DNA of 64,000 nucleotides from an uncultured Candidatus Binatia bacterium (GCA_965215605.1 OZ244070.1:1376001-1440000); one strand, 5' to 3'; positions 30,979-40,859 are shown, counted from the stretch's first letter. Program-made: numbers and translations. The notes: generated from the sequence alone by a model not told the origin.

Positions 30979-32250
30979 TTACGGGAGCGCCGCGCGCTCC
31001 GTCCCTCTGGCTTCGTCCACGCGGTACACCAGGGCGAGGCCGATGACGAAGAACACCACCACCACGGCCATGCCGGCGCGCTGGGAGGCGAACAGGCGGG
31101 TCAGTTCGCCCAGCAGGAAGGGGCCCATGAAGGCGGTGGCCTTGCCGGAGAAGGCGAACAGGCCGTAGAACTCGTTCCGCCTGGCGGGCGGCACGAAGCG
31201 GCCCATGAGGGAGCGGCTGGCGGCCTGATTGGGGCCGCCGCAGAGGCCGATGAGGAGCCCGGCAGCCCAGAAGAGCGCCCGGCTGCGGGTGAGGAGCGCG
31301 GTGGAGGCGGCCACGATGAGCCCAGTCAGGCTGATCTGGATGGTGCGCTTGCCGCCCAGCCAGTCGTCCACGAACCCCAGGCCGAAGGCGCCGATGCCCG
31401 CGGCCACGTTGAGCACGAGGCCGAACACCAGCAACTCCTCGAAGGTGAAGCCGAAGGCGCCGGCGGCGTAGATGCCGCCGAAGGCGAAGACGGTGTTGAG
31501 GCCGTCGGCGTAGAAGAGGCGGGCCAGCAGCAGGCGGAAGATGTCGGGGTAGCGGCGGATCGCGCGGAAGGTGGCGGCGAGCTGGCGGAGGGAGCCGGCC
31601 AGGGACGCGCCCGAGGCGCCGGCGGGCGCGCGCCTTTCCTTCACCCACAGGAACAGCGGCAGGCTGAAGACGGCAAACCACACGGCCACCAGCAGGTTGG
31701 TGGCGCGGATGTGCTGGTGGCCCTCCTTCGAGAACCCGAACCAGGGGGTCTCGGCGTCCACGAAGCCCACCAGCGCCAGCGCCAGGGCGGACAGGCCGCC
31801 GGCGTAGCCCAACGCCCAGCCGTAGCCCGACACCCGCCCGATGCGGTCCGGCGGCGCCACCTCGGGCAGGAAGGCGTTGTAGAAGACCCCGGCCATCTCG
31901 AAGGCGATGTTGCCCAGGGTGAACCAGAACAGCGCCCACGCCACCTGACCGGGGGCGGCGGTGTAGAGCATGGCCGCGCCCGCCACGGCGACGGCGGTGA
32001 AGAAGCCCAGGAAGCGCTTGCGGTAGCCGCCCCGGTCGGCCAGGGCGCCCAGCACCGGCGACATGAGCGCCACCGACACCGCCGTGATGCCGACGCACCG
32101 GGACCACTGCCACGTCCCCGTCACCTCGTCCGGGGCGATGACCTTGGTGAAGAAGGCCGCGTAGATGAAGGTCACCACCAGGGTGGTGAAGGCGGAGTTG
32201 GCGAAGTCGTAGAAACACCAGGCGGCGACGGCGCGGCGGGAGGCGGGCAT
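30979..32250 (-). CDS. MFS transporter, UMF1/Atg22-like
   Basis: AWCFYDFANSAF, YNAFLP, G..SG.GWALGY.GG, QAASRSL; about 12 TM. Confidence 0.88.
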   Translation of the reverse strand: MPASRRAVAAWCFYDFANSAFTTLVVTFIYAAFFTKVIAPDEVTGTWQWSRCVGITAVSVALMSPVLGALADRGGYRKRFLGFFTAVAVAGAAMLYTAAPGQVAWALFWFTLGNIAFEMAGVFYNAFLPEVAPPDRIGRVSGYGWALGYAGGLSALALALVGFVDAETPWFGFSKEGHQHIRATNLLVAVWFAVFSLPLFLWVKERRAPAGASGASLAGSLRQLAATFRAIRRYPDIFRLLLARLFYADGLNTVFAFGGIYAAGAFGFTFEELLVFGLVLNVAAGIGAFGLGFVDDWLGGKRTIQISLTGLIVAASTALLTRSRALFWAAGLLIGLCGGPNQAASRSLMGRFVPPARRNEFYGLFAFSGKATAFMGPFLLGELTRLFASQRAGMAVVVVFFVIGLALVYRVDEARGTERAALP

Positions 32251-32306
32251 GGGGGGCGATGCTACACGGGACGGGGGGTGGATGCCAGCCCCGGCCCCGC
32301 CGCCCG

Positions 32307-32342
32307 CCGCGTATTGCAAACGCGCCCGGAATCGGCTGAAAT
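32307..32342 (+). repeat. 36-bp direct repeat, left copy
   Basis: ccgcgtattgcaaacgcgcccggaatcggctgaaat, identical to 34265-34300. Confidence 0.95.
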
Positions 32343-32473
32343 CAAACCGTGGGCTCGTGACTTGGAGACGAGCGCAAGTGAGGCGGAGGCCTTGGCCAAT
32401 ATAGGGGCCGCCATCCAGGCCGGTTGATGGCGGCGGAGTCCGGCACGATGGATACCACGGGATAGGTGGCGCT

Positions 32474-33829
32474 ATGGGCGCGATTAACAGGTTTTTTCTT
32501 CGAGATGTCCGCTGTTTTGAGGGCAGCCATACGTTCGAGATACGGCCCTTGACGTTTCTTGTCGGCGAGAACAGCACGGGTAAGTCAACTGTCCTCGGCT
32601 CTCTCCATGCGCTGGGGAGTTGCCTCGAATACCGCTATGCCGATATCGATTTCAATTCCGAACCATACCAGATGGGGGCCTTTGCCGATATCGTCAGGAG
32701 ATCGCGACCCAGAAAACAGGATTTTCAACTGGGTCTGGAAATCTCTACGGACGGGGGCGCCACAGTACAATTCTTCGTTACCCTGACCGAGAAGGAGAGA
32801 GGCTCGGAACCGCTCTTTCGTAGTGCGCGGTGGGTCTTCGACGATGGAGAGATCGAGTTGTCGGCCCTTGACGATGATCAGGACGAAAGGGGCCGCGGTT
32901 TCCATGTGACACAGAACTCCCCGGATCATTTTCATATCCGACTGGACAACGCCAGCGTTTGGCAGTTCGTCTTGGTCGAGCTTCCGTATTTGGGTTCACA
33001 CCTTGAGAATGAGAAGGCCGAGCCGTCCGATGCCTCGCAGCCTGACTCGAGTATGGCAGCGAAAAACCTGCAAGCTTTCGTAAACCGGAAATGCTCCGAG
33101 GGTCGCGGGACCCGCGGAGCATATCGATTCGGACCCTTTTTTGGTTTACGTTCGTCTTCGATCCGGAGCATCGCACCTGTACGTTCGAAGCCGAAGCGGA
33201 CTTATGATCCCCTCAAGGAGACGGAAACCCCGGACGGCAGCGAGATTCCGGTAGCGTTGATGAACCTGAGTATTTCAAGAAAAGCAGAGTGGACGGAACT
33301 CAGGACGCATCTTCTGGATTTCGGTCGGGCTTCCGGTCTGTTCTCCGACATCGCTATCCGTAGGCTGGGCGGTTCGGGGGGGGATCCGTTTCAGTTGCAG
33401 ATAAAGGTTAGCGGTCCGAGGGCCAATCTGATGGATGTCGGTTACGGCGTCAGTCAAGTGCTGCCGATCCTTGTCCGAATCCTTACCGGACGTCACGCCA
33501 CGTTTTTGTTGCAACAACCGGAAGTTCACTTGCACCCGAAGGGCCAAGCCGAACTCTCGTCCCTTCTGGTGGACGTTCATCGCAGCCACGACAACTCGTT
33601 CGTCATCGAGACACATAGCGACCATATGATCGATCGCGTCCGCATCGAGATACGACGAGGCAGGATCAAACCGGAGGACGTTTCACTGATTTATCTTGAA
33701 CCCGTGGGCAATCACGTGCGGACTCACAACATCACCTTCGACAGGCGCGCGAATATGGTCGGCGTTCCTCAACATTACCGCGGTTTCTTTCTCCACGAAG
33801 CGGATCGGTTGCTTGGGCTGACGGATTGA
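32474..33829 (+). CDS. ABC-type/AAA_21 ATPase with DUF3696-like C-terminus
   Basis: PLTFLVGENSTGKS, DVGYGVSQVLP, LLQQPEVHLHP, IETHSDH. Confidence 0.88.
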   Translation: MGAINRFFLRDVRCFEGSHTFEIRPLTFLVGENSTGKSTVLGSLHALGSCLEYRYADIDFNSEPYQMGAFADIVRRSRPRKQDFQLGLEISTDGGATVQFFVTLTEKERGSEPLFRSARWVFDDGEIELSALDDDQDERGRGFHVTQNSPDHFHIRLDNASVWQFVLVELPYLGSHLENEKAEPSDASQPDSSMAAKNLQAFVNRKCSEGRGTRGAYRFGPFFGLRSSSIRSIAPVRSKPKRTYDPLKETETPDGSEIPVALMNLSISRKAEWTELRTHLLDFGRASGLFSDIAIRRLGGSGGDPFQLQIKVSGPRANLMDVGYGVSQVLPILVRILTGRHATFLLQQPEVHLHPKGQAELSSLLVDVHRSHDNSFVIETHSDHMIDRVRIEIRRGRIKPEDVSLIYLEPVGNHVRTHNITFDRRANMVGVPQHYRGFFLHEADRLLGLTD

Positions 33830-33832
33830 AAA

Positions 33833-34246
33833 ATGTGCGTGATCCTGGATGCCAACAGCTACAGTGACTTTCTCGACATGGGACATGCAGGCATGCGGCC
33901 CCTTCGGGAGTGGTTGAGGACGCGAGGGAAACTCGTCTACGCACCAACCGAAAAGATGAGAGCGGAGCTCGAAAGCCACGGACCCATGAAGAAGCGGTTG
34001 ATGGAATACTCTCAGGCGGGTCGGATCAAGGAAGTCGATCAGGCCGAGGTTATTGCCAAGGAGGACGTATTGACGGGTCTCGCGTCCGATGACGGGCACA
34101 TTGTAGCACTCGCGCTCGTTGCTGGAGTGAATGTGCTTGTTTCACATGACAAGAACCTGCATGAGGACTTCAAGAGAATCGTCAATGGCAGGGTATATCA
34201 GAATGAAAAACACAAACATCTCCTGCGACGAGACACCTGTCCTTGA
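33833..34246 (+). CDS. PIN-domain protein (putative ribonuclease)
   Basis: ILDAN, SDDGHIVALA and LVSHDKNL acidic PIN pattern; 3 bp after the ATPase stop. Confidence 0.7.
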   Translation: MCVILDANSYSDFLDMGHAGMRPLREWLRTRGKLVYAPTEKMRAELESHGPMKKRLMEYSQAGRIKEVDQAEVIAKEDVLTGLASDDGHIVALALVAGVNVLVSHDKNLHEDFKRIVNGRVYQNEKHKHLLRRDTCP

Positions 34247-34264
34247 GCATCGTCAAGGGCGCCT

Positions 34265-34300
34265 CCGCGTATTGCAAACGCGCCCGGAATCGGCTGAAAT
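34265..34300 (+). repeat. 36-bp direct repeat, right copy
   Basis: Identical to 32307-32342. Confidence 0.95.
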
Positions 34301-34339
34301 GAAACTATCACTCCTTGTCTACATTTCAGGAGGGCCTCG

Positions 34340-34810
34340 ATGAGTTGCGCACAGCGAATCCGGCGGGCGGTGGTGCCCGTGGTGGTCATGGCGTTCCTGG
34401 CGGGGGCGGCGGGCACGGCGTGGGCCGTGGACCCGGTGTTCTCCACCTATCTGGGGGGCGCCATCCGGGGGTACGACCCGGTGGCCTACCACGCGGAGGG
34501 GAAGCCGGTGAAGGGCAAGCGGGCCCACCGGGCGGAATGGAAGGGAGCCACGTGGTCCTTCGCCAGCGCGGAGAACAAGGCGCTGTTCGAGGCTGACCCG
34601 GAGAAGTACGCGCCCAGGTACGGCGGCTACTGCGCCTGGGCGGTGAGCAACGGCTACACCGCCTCCGTCGACCCGGACGCCTGGAGCATCGTGGACGGCA
34701 AGCTGTACCTCAACTACAGCCTGGGGGTGCGGCAGCAGTGGTCCGGTGACATCCCCGGCAACATCGCCAAGGGCGACGTCAACTGGCCCAAGCTGCTGGC
34801 GGGCAAGTAG
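34340..34810 (+). CDS. secreted YHS-domain protein
   Basis: Signal peptide; AIRGYDPVAY, F.ADPEKYAPRYGGYCAWA, DGKLYLNY; AGGAGG RBS. Confidence 0.88.
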   Translation: MSCAQRIRRAVVPVVVMAFLAGAAGTAWAVDPVFSTYLGGAIRGYDPVAYHAEGKPVKGKRAHRAEWKGATWSFASAENKALFEADPEKYAPRYGGYCAWAVSNGYTASVDPDAWSIVDGKLYLNYSLGVRQQWSGDIPGNIAKGDVNWPKLLAGK

Positions 34811-34832
34811 GCGGCCGCCGGCACGGCCGGCT

Positions 34833-35981
34833 TCAGGGCCAAAGCCCACCCGACCGCAACGCCTCGAGAAACCGTTTCACCGGCCACACGTCAATGCCGT
34901 CTTCGGTGCGGAAGGCGCGCCGGCCGTCGTGGACCAGAACGCGCCGGACCAGTCCCGGCAGGTCCTCGATGGCGCGCAGTCCCCTGAGCAAGGCGGTGTT
35001 GTACCGTCTCGCGGCCTTGGCTTCGACGGCGAGGTATTCGCCGTCGCGGCGAAGCAGGAAGTCGACCTCGGTGCTCGATTCCGCCGGCGCCCAGTAGTGG
35101 ATGCTGTCGAATATCGGCTGCTCTTCCGCGTGGGCGCGCAGCAGGCCGAGGATCCAGCCCTCGAACAGGGCGCCGCGTTCCTCCGCGGACACGGGCCCGA
35201 GCTGGCGTTTCACGGCTCGCACCACGCCGGGGTCCACCCAGTAGAGCTTGGGCCGGCGGCGTTCGCGTACCCGCAGCCTGGCCTCGAAGGCCGGCAGGCG
35301 CCAGGTGAGCAGCGTGTCTTCGAGAATGTCCAGGTAGCCGGCGACGGTGGTCCGCGCCACGCCCGCGTCCCGGGCGATGCCCGCCACGTTCAACGCCTGT
35401 CCGTGCAGCAGGGCGGCAATGGGCAGGAAACGAACGAAACCGGGCAGGTTGCGGACCGCGGCCTCCGCGCGGATTTCTTCCCGCAGGTATAGCTGCGTAT
35501 AGCTTTCGAGGACCTCGCGACGGTTGTCCGCGGTCCAGACCACGGGGAGGCTGCCGTACATGAGCACTTCGTCCAGGTTGAAGTCACGGCCGAGTTCCCG
35601 CGGGACGAGGGGGTACATGGCCTTGCGGACGGCCCGTCCGGCCAACAGGTTCGTGCCCGCGGTCTTGAGCTTTCGCGCACTGGAGCCGAGCAGCGCGAAG
35701 CGCAGGCCGCGTTCTTCGATCTGCCTGTGCACCTCGTTCAGCAGCGCGGGGATGCGCTGCACCTCGTCAATGACGACCCAGTCGCCCGGCGCGGCGGTGG
35801 AGACCAGGTCCCGGAACAACGACGTGTCGGCCAGGAGATCGTGAAACAGGGCTTCGTCGAGCAGGTCGAAGCGCGGCGCGTCCGGCAGGGTCACGCGCGC
35901 CCACCAGCTCTTGCCGACGCCGCGCACGCCGAACAGGAAGAAGCTGCGGGCCGGCGGCCGAGTGATTCGGCTGTATACCAT
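34833..35981 (-). CDS. AAA_14 + DUF4143 ATP-binding protein
   Basis: GVRGVGKS, IDEVQR, LGSSARKL, LAGRA, KLYWVDPG, EVDFL...VEAK nuclease-like C-terminus. Confidence 0.9.
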   Translation of the reverse strand: MVYSRITRPPARSFFLFGVRGVGKSWWARVTLPDAPRFDLLDEALFHDLLADTSLFRDLVSTAAPGDWVVIDEVQRIPALLNEVHRQIEERGLRFALLGSSARKLKTAGTNLLAGRAVRKAMYPLVPRELGRDFNLDEVLMYGSLPVVWTADNRREVLESYTQLYLREEIRAEAAVRNLPGFVRFLPIAALLHGQALNVAGIARDAGVARTTVAGYLDILEDTLLTWRLPAFEARLRVRERRRPKLYWVDPGVVRAVKRQLGPVSAEERGALFEGWILGLLRAHAEEQPIFDSIHYWAPAESSTEVDFLLRRDGEYLAVEAKAARRYNTALLRGLRAIEDLPGLVRRVLVHDGRRAFRTEDGIDVWPVKRFLEALRSGGLWP

Positions 35982-35988
35982 GTTGTTA

Positions 35989-36017
35989 AAAATAGCCGAA
36001 AAGTGACGGCATAACAA
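35989..36017 (-). promoter_or_regulatory. putative sigma70 promoter giving a near-leaderless transcript
   Basis: Minus strand TTGTTA-N17-TATTTT, 7 nt before ATG 35981; no SD. Confidence 0.45.
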
Positions 36018-36136
36018 TCATCGCGGAGACGGCGCGCGGATAACGGTTGCGCTGCTCTTGCATTGAATTCGGCATCGAATTCGGTTACGCATTCCAGAGG
36101 CATTATCCTACAGGGCGGCATCGGAACGGAGCCACC

Positions 36137-37090
36137 ATGAAGTACTCGAAGCACGACGCCAAGGCCTACGCCCGGGAGCACATGAAGGGCGTCTGGGCGG
36201 CGGCGATGAACCCTTTCAACGACGACTTCTCGTTCAACGAGGAGGGGCTGCGGCGGAACATCCGGCACTGGGTCGACGACCTGGGGATCGCCGGGCTCTT
36301 CATCGCCGGCAAGCAGGGGGAGTTCTTCTCCATGTCCCTGGAGGAGCGCAAGCGGAACTTCGAGATCGCGGTGGAAGAGACCCGCGGCAAGGCCGGCACC
36401 ATCATGTCGTGCTCGGACCAGAACTTCGACACGGTGGTGGAGCTGGCGCGGCACGCCGAGGCCGTGGGGGCGGACTACATCGTGGTGCACGCGCCCATGC
36501 TGCACTTCGTCAGCGACCGGGACGACGCCGTCTACCACTACTACAAGGCGGTGTGCGACCGGGTGGACATCGGCATCGCCATGTGGAGCCACCCGGACTC
36601 GGGCTACCTGATGAGCCCGGAGCTGTGCCAGCGGGTGGCGGAGCTGCCCAACATCGTCGCCATCAAGTACTCGGTGCCCCGGCCCATGTACGCGGACCTG
36701 ACCAAGCTGGCCGGGGACCGGCTCATCGTCAGCACCGCCTCGGAAGAGGAGTGGCTCGACAACATCGTGGAGCTGGGCTGGCAGCTCTACCTCTGCTCCT
36801 CGCCCCCCTACCTGCTGCAGACCCGGAACGACCGGCGCATGCACGAGTACACCCAGCTCGCCCTGGACGGACAGGGCGAGCTGGCGCGCCAGGTCCGGGA
36901 CAGCCTGAACCCCGTCCGGGAGGCCATCGCCAGGTCCCGCCCCGGCGGCAAGCCCCACGCCCACCAGAAATACTGGCAGGAGCTATTGGGCCAGGTGGGC
37001 GGGCCGGTCCGCCCACCGTTCCTCCCGCTCACCGAGGAGGAGAAGGGACGGACGCGGGAGGCCTTCGAGGGGTGCGGGCTGAGGGTGTAG
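36137..37090 (+). CDS. dihydrodipicolinate synthase-family aldolase (not canonical DapA)
   Basis: AGKQGEFFSMSLEERK, Schiff-base lysine in NIVAIKYS; lacks GTTGE. Confidence 0.85.
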   Translation: MKYSKHDAKAYAREHMKGVWAAAMNPFNDDFSFNEEGLRRNIRHWVDDLGIAGLFIAGKQGEFFSMSLEERKRNFEIAVEETRGKAGTIMSCSDQNFDTVVELARHAEAVGADYIVVHAPMLHFVSDRDDAVYHYYKAVCDRVDIGIAMWSHPDSGYLMSPELCQRVAELPNIVAIKYSVPRPMYADLTKLAGDRLIVSTASEEEWLDNIVELGWQLYLCSSPPYLLQTRNDRRMHEYTQLALDGQGELARQVRDSLNPVREAIARSRPGGKPHAHQKYWQELLGQVGGPVRPPFLPLTEEEKGRTREAFEGCGLRV

Positions 37091-37122
37091 GGGAAGCCAT
37101 TTCCCAGGGTCCGGCCTCCCCC

Positions 37123-38325
37123 ATGCACGTCGCGTTCGTCATCCCCTACCTCGGCGGCAACGGCGCCGAGCGGGTGGTCTACCGGCTTGCCCGCGGTTTC
37201 GCGGCGCGCGGCCACAAGGTGGACATCGTCCTGTTCCACACCATCATCCACCGGAGCCTTCCCGAGGAGGCGCGGGTGTTTCTTGCGGGAGACGCGCCGG
37301 ACCGGCTCACGGAAGAACGAAACGGGGACGTGCTCGCGCGCTCGGTGCGGTTGCGCGCACGTCCCGGCCCGCGGGACTGGATGCGCGCGGCCCGCGCCTT
37401 CGGCTGGAACCCGCTCTGCCTGCCCGGCAGCCGCCTGCTCCGGCAGACCCGGGCGGTTGCCTCGTACATGGAGACGGAACGTCCGGACTGCATGCTGCCG
37501 CACCTCACCCGTTCCCAGGCGGCCACGTTGCTGGCCGGCCGCCTGCTGGGCGGGCACCCGCCGGTCATACCGACGGTGCACAGCGACGTTCATCACCGGT
37601 CGCGCCGAGACCGGCAGAGGTCCCGGCACCTTGCCGGCGGCGCGGCGCACTTCGTCGGGGTGTCCCGCGGGGTTTCCGACAGCCTGGCGGACGCCGCCGG
37701 CATTCCGGCGAAACGCATCACCACGATCCACAACCCGGTATTCATGCCGGACATCCGGACGCGGGGCGGGGAGCCCGCGGACCACCCCTGGCTTTCGGAC
37801 GGCGGTCCGCCGGTCATCCTGGCGGCGGGCCGGCTGACCAGGGAGAAGGACTACCCGACGCTGATTCGGGGGTTCGCGCTGCTGGCCGCGCGGCGACCGT
37901 GCCGGCTGGTGATCCTCGGACAGGGAGAACAGCGGACGAAGATCGAGCAGCTCGCCGCGAGCCTGGGCGTCGCCGGCCGCGTGTCGCTGCCCGGATGGGT
38001 GGAGAACCCGTTCGCCTTCATGTCCCGGGCATCCCTGTTCGTGTTGTCGTCGATCTATGAAGGGCTGCCGAGCGTCCTGGTCGAGGCCATGGCGTGTGGC
38101 TGCCCCTGCGTCAGCACGGACTGTCCCGCCGGCCCCCGGGAGATCCTCGAGGACGGGCGGCTGGGGCCTCTCGTTCCGGTGGGCGACGAGGGCGGGTTGG
38201 CAGACGCCATGGAGCGGGTGCTGGATCGGCCGCCCGACGCCCACGCGTTGCGGGAACGGGCCGAGGACTTCTCCGGCGAGGCGTCGGTGGCCGCTTATGA
38301 GGCGTTGATTTCACGCTTCGTGTGA
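37123..38325 (+). CDS. GT4-family glycosyltransferase, paralog 1
   Basis: GGNGAERV, AGRL..EKD, SSIYEGLPSVLVEAMACG. Confidence 0.92.
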   Translation: MHVAFVIPYLGGNGAERVVYRLARGFAARGHKVDIVLFHTIIHRSLPEEARVFLAGDAPDRLTEERNGDVLARSVRLRARPGPRDWMRAARAFGWNPLCLPGSRLLRQTRAVASYMETERPDCMLPHLTRSQAATLLAGRLLGGHPPVIPTVHSDVHHRSRRDRQRSRHLAGGAAHFVGVSRGVSDSLADAAGIPAKRITTIHNPVFMPDIRTRGGEPADHPWLSDGGPPVILAAGRLTREKDYPTLIRGFALLAARRPCRLVILGQGEQRTKIEQLAASLGVAGRVSLPGWVENPFAFMSRASLFVLSSIYEGLPSVLVEAMACGCPCVSTDCPAGPREILEDGRLGPLVPVGDEGGLADAMERVLDRPPDAHALRERAEDFSGEASVAAYEALISRFV

Positions 38326-39530
38326 TTCCAGTGCATGTCGCGTTCACCATTCCCGACCTCGGCGGGGGCGGCGCCGAGACCGTGGTGCTCAACCTGGCGG
38401 AGGAGTTGCTTCGCCGCGGGCACCGGGTCGACATCGTCCTGCTCCAGGCGATCGTTCAACGTCATGTTCCCCAAGGAACACGCCTCTTCGTCGCGGGCGA
38501 CACGACGGAGTTGTCGGTTCCCGGGAAGGTGGCACCCGAGACCCGGCCACAAGTGATCGAGGCGCCCACGACCTCGACATCCGCCGACTGGATACGCGCG
38601 GCAAGGGCCTTGAACCGGGACCCGCTCTGCCTGCCCAGCATGCGGCTGGTGCGTCAGGCGCGCGCGGTGGCATCCTACATGGAACACGAGAAACCGGACT
38701 GCGTTCTCCCCAACATCCGCCGCGCGCAGTTCGCCACGCTGCTGGCGTGCCGGCTGTTCAAACGGCATCCGCCCGTGGCGCCGATCGTCCACAATCTCGT
38801 CCGGGGCCGCCGGCACCTGCGCCGGCTGCGTCACCTGGCCGGGGACGCCGCGGGTTTCATCTGCGTATCCCACGGCATCGCCGCCAATCTGGCCGCCGCC
38901 GTGGGAGTCCTGGCCGACCACATCACCACGATCTACAATCCCGTGGTTACGGCGGAACTGCACGCCAAGGCATCGGAACCGCCGGCCCATCCCTGGCTTG
39001 AGGACGGCGGCCCGCCGGTCGTCGTCGCGGCGGGGCACCTGGAAGAGCGCAAGGACTTCGCAACGCTCATCAGGGCCTTCGAGCGCCTGACCGCGCGCCG
39101 TGCGTGCCGGCTGGTCATCCTCGGCGAGGGGAAGCAACGGCAACAACTCGAAACGCTCGTCACGGACCTCGGCCTCGCCGGCCGGGTCTCGCTGCCGGGA
39201 TGGGTCGAGAACCCCCAGGCGCTGTTTGCCCGGGCGTCGCTCTTCGTGCTTTCATCGGTCCACGAAGGGCTCCCGACGGTGCTGATCGAGGCGCTGGCGT
39301 GCGGCTGTCCCTGTGTCAGCACGGACTGCCCGGCCGGCCCGGCGGAGATACTGCAGCACGGATCATTCGGCCCCCTCGTTCCGGTCGGCGACGAGGCCGC
39401 GCTGGCGGAGGCCATGGATCGGGTCCTCCAACGACCACCGGACAGGAACCGGCTGCGGCAGCGGGGGGCGGACTTCTCGGCACAGAAGGCCGGCGATGAC
39501 TACGAGCAGTTGTTGGGGAGCCTGGTCTGA
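38322..39530 (+). CDS. GT4-family glycosyltransferase, paralog 2
   Basis: GGGGAETV, SSVHEGLPTVLIEALACG; GTGA overlap. Confidence 0.92.
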   Translation: MIPVHVAFTIPDLGGGGAETVVLNLAEELLRRGHRVDIVLLQAIVQRHVPQGTRLFVAGDTTELSVPGKVAPETRPQVIEAPTTSTSADWIRAARALNRDPLCLPSMRLVRQARAVASYMEHEKPDCVLPNIRRAQFATLLACRLFKRHPPVAPIVHNLVRGRRHLRRLRHLAGDAAGFICVSHGIAANLAAAVGVLADHITTIYNPVVTAELHAKASEPPAHPWLEDGGPPVVVAAGHLEERKDFATLIRAFERLTARRACRLVILGEGKQRQQLETLVTDLGLAGRVSLPGWVENPQALFARASLFVLSSVHEGLPTVLIEALACGCPCVSTDCPAGPAEILQHGSFGPLVPVGDEAALAEAMDRVLQRPPDRNRLRQRGADFSAQKAGDDYEQLLGSLV

Positions 39531-39578
39531 TTTGCCATGGCCGGACATGGGAGCGTGACTTCGTGAAGGGAACCGTGC

Positions 39579-40859
39579 GTGCATGTCGCTCTCGTCATTC
39601 CTGATCTCGGCGGCGGCGGCGCCGAGCGCTCGATGCTCGCGTTGGCGGGCGGGTTGATCGAACGCGGCCACAAGATCGACCTTGTCCTGTTCCGGACGCG
39701 GATTCACTACGCGGACGAGGTCCCGGACGGCGCGCGCCTCTTCGTCCTGTCGAGCCGCCGGCCGGACCGGCGCACGGTGGACAGCGCCGGCAAGGTGTTG
39801 CCTCGACTGACTCCGGTCTCCTCGGCCTCGACCCCGCTCGACTGGGTCCGCCTGGCCGGCGCGCTCCATTGGGACCCACGCTGCCTGCCCGGCAGGCTCC
39901 TGGCGCGCCAGGCCAGGGCCGTGGCATCCTATGTCGCACGGGAGAACCCCGACTGCGTGCTGCCGAGCCTTCCCCGCCCCAAGATCGCAACGCTCCTCGG
40001 GTGCAGCCTGTTGGGCGATGCTCCTCCCGTGGTGCCCACGGTACGCAACATCATTCGATACAGCGACCGGCAGAGGCGGCAAGCCGGGCACCTGTTCCCA
40101 AGCGCCGCGCACTTCATCTGCGTATCGAACGGCGTGTCCGAGAGTCTGGCCTCGTCCATCGGAATCCCTCGGGACAGGATCGCGACCATCTACAACCCCG
40201 TGGTCACCCGGCATCTCCGCGCGGGGTCGAGCCAGCGCCCGAACCATCCCTGGCTGCGGGACGGCGGCGCGCCGGTCGTGCTGGCTGCCGGACGGCTGAC
40301 GCCGCAGAAGGACTACCCTACCCTGCTCAAGGCCTTCGCGCGCCTGGCGGCGCGGCGCCCGTGCCGGCTGATCATCCTCGGTGAAGGGGAATGCCGGGAT
40401 GAGCTCGAAAGGCTGACCCATGAGATGAAACTGACGGATCGGGTCTCCCTGCCGGGCTGGGTGGAGAATCCGTTCGCGTTCATGTCCCGGGCGGCGCTGT
40501 TCGTGTTGTCGTCCCTGCACGAAGGCCTGCCCGGGGTCCTCATCCAGGCCCTGGCCTGCGGCTGCCCCTGCGTCAGCACCGATTGCCCCGCGGGTCCCTC
40601 GGAGATCCTGCGGGACGGGGAGGTCGGCCCGCTGGTTCCCGTCGGCGATGAGATCGCGCTGGCGGATGCCATGGCACAAGTCCTGGATGAACCTCCGGAC
40701 CCGCAAAGGCTGAAGGAGCACGGGGCGAGCTTCTCCGAAGAGCGGGCGGCGGCGGCGTACGAAGACCTGATCTCGTCCGTGGTGGGGACGGGCGGCCGGC
40801 ACGGCCGAACAGGGGCACGGGCCGAGACATCGAAGCAGACGGCATGCGCATCGTCCTGA
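39579..40859 (+). CDS. GT4-family glycosyltransferase, paralog 3
   Basis: GGGGAERS, AGRLTPQKD, SSLHEGLPGVLIQALACG. Confidence 0.92.
   Translation: MHVALVIPDLGGGGAERSMLALAGGLIERGHKIDLVLFRTRIHYADEVPDGARLFVLSSRRPDRRTVDSAGKVLPRLTPVSSASTPLDWVRLAGALHWDPRCLPGRLLARQARAVASYVARENPDCVLPSLPRPKIATLLGCSLLGDAPPVVPTVRNIIRYSDRQRRQAGHLFPSAAHFICVSNGVSESLASSIGIPRDRIATIYNPVVTRHLRAGSSQRPNHPWLRDGGAPVVLAAGRLTPQKDYPTLLKAFARLAARRPCRLIILGEGECRDELERLTHEMKLTDRVSLPGWVENPFAFMSRAALFVLSSLHEGLPGVLIQALACGCPCVSTDCPAGPSEILRDGEVGPLVPVGDEIALADAMAQVLDEPPDPQRLKEHGASFSEERAAAAYEDLISSVVGTGGRHGRTGARAETSKQTACASS

Noticed and set aside
34340-34810. Selenoprotein call for the YHS gene
   Set aside because: The motif has Cys (GGYC, TGC codon) and there is no in-frame TGA
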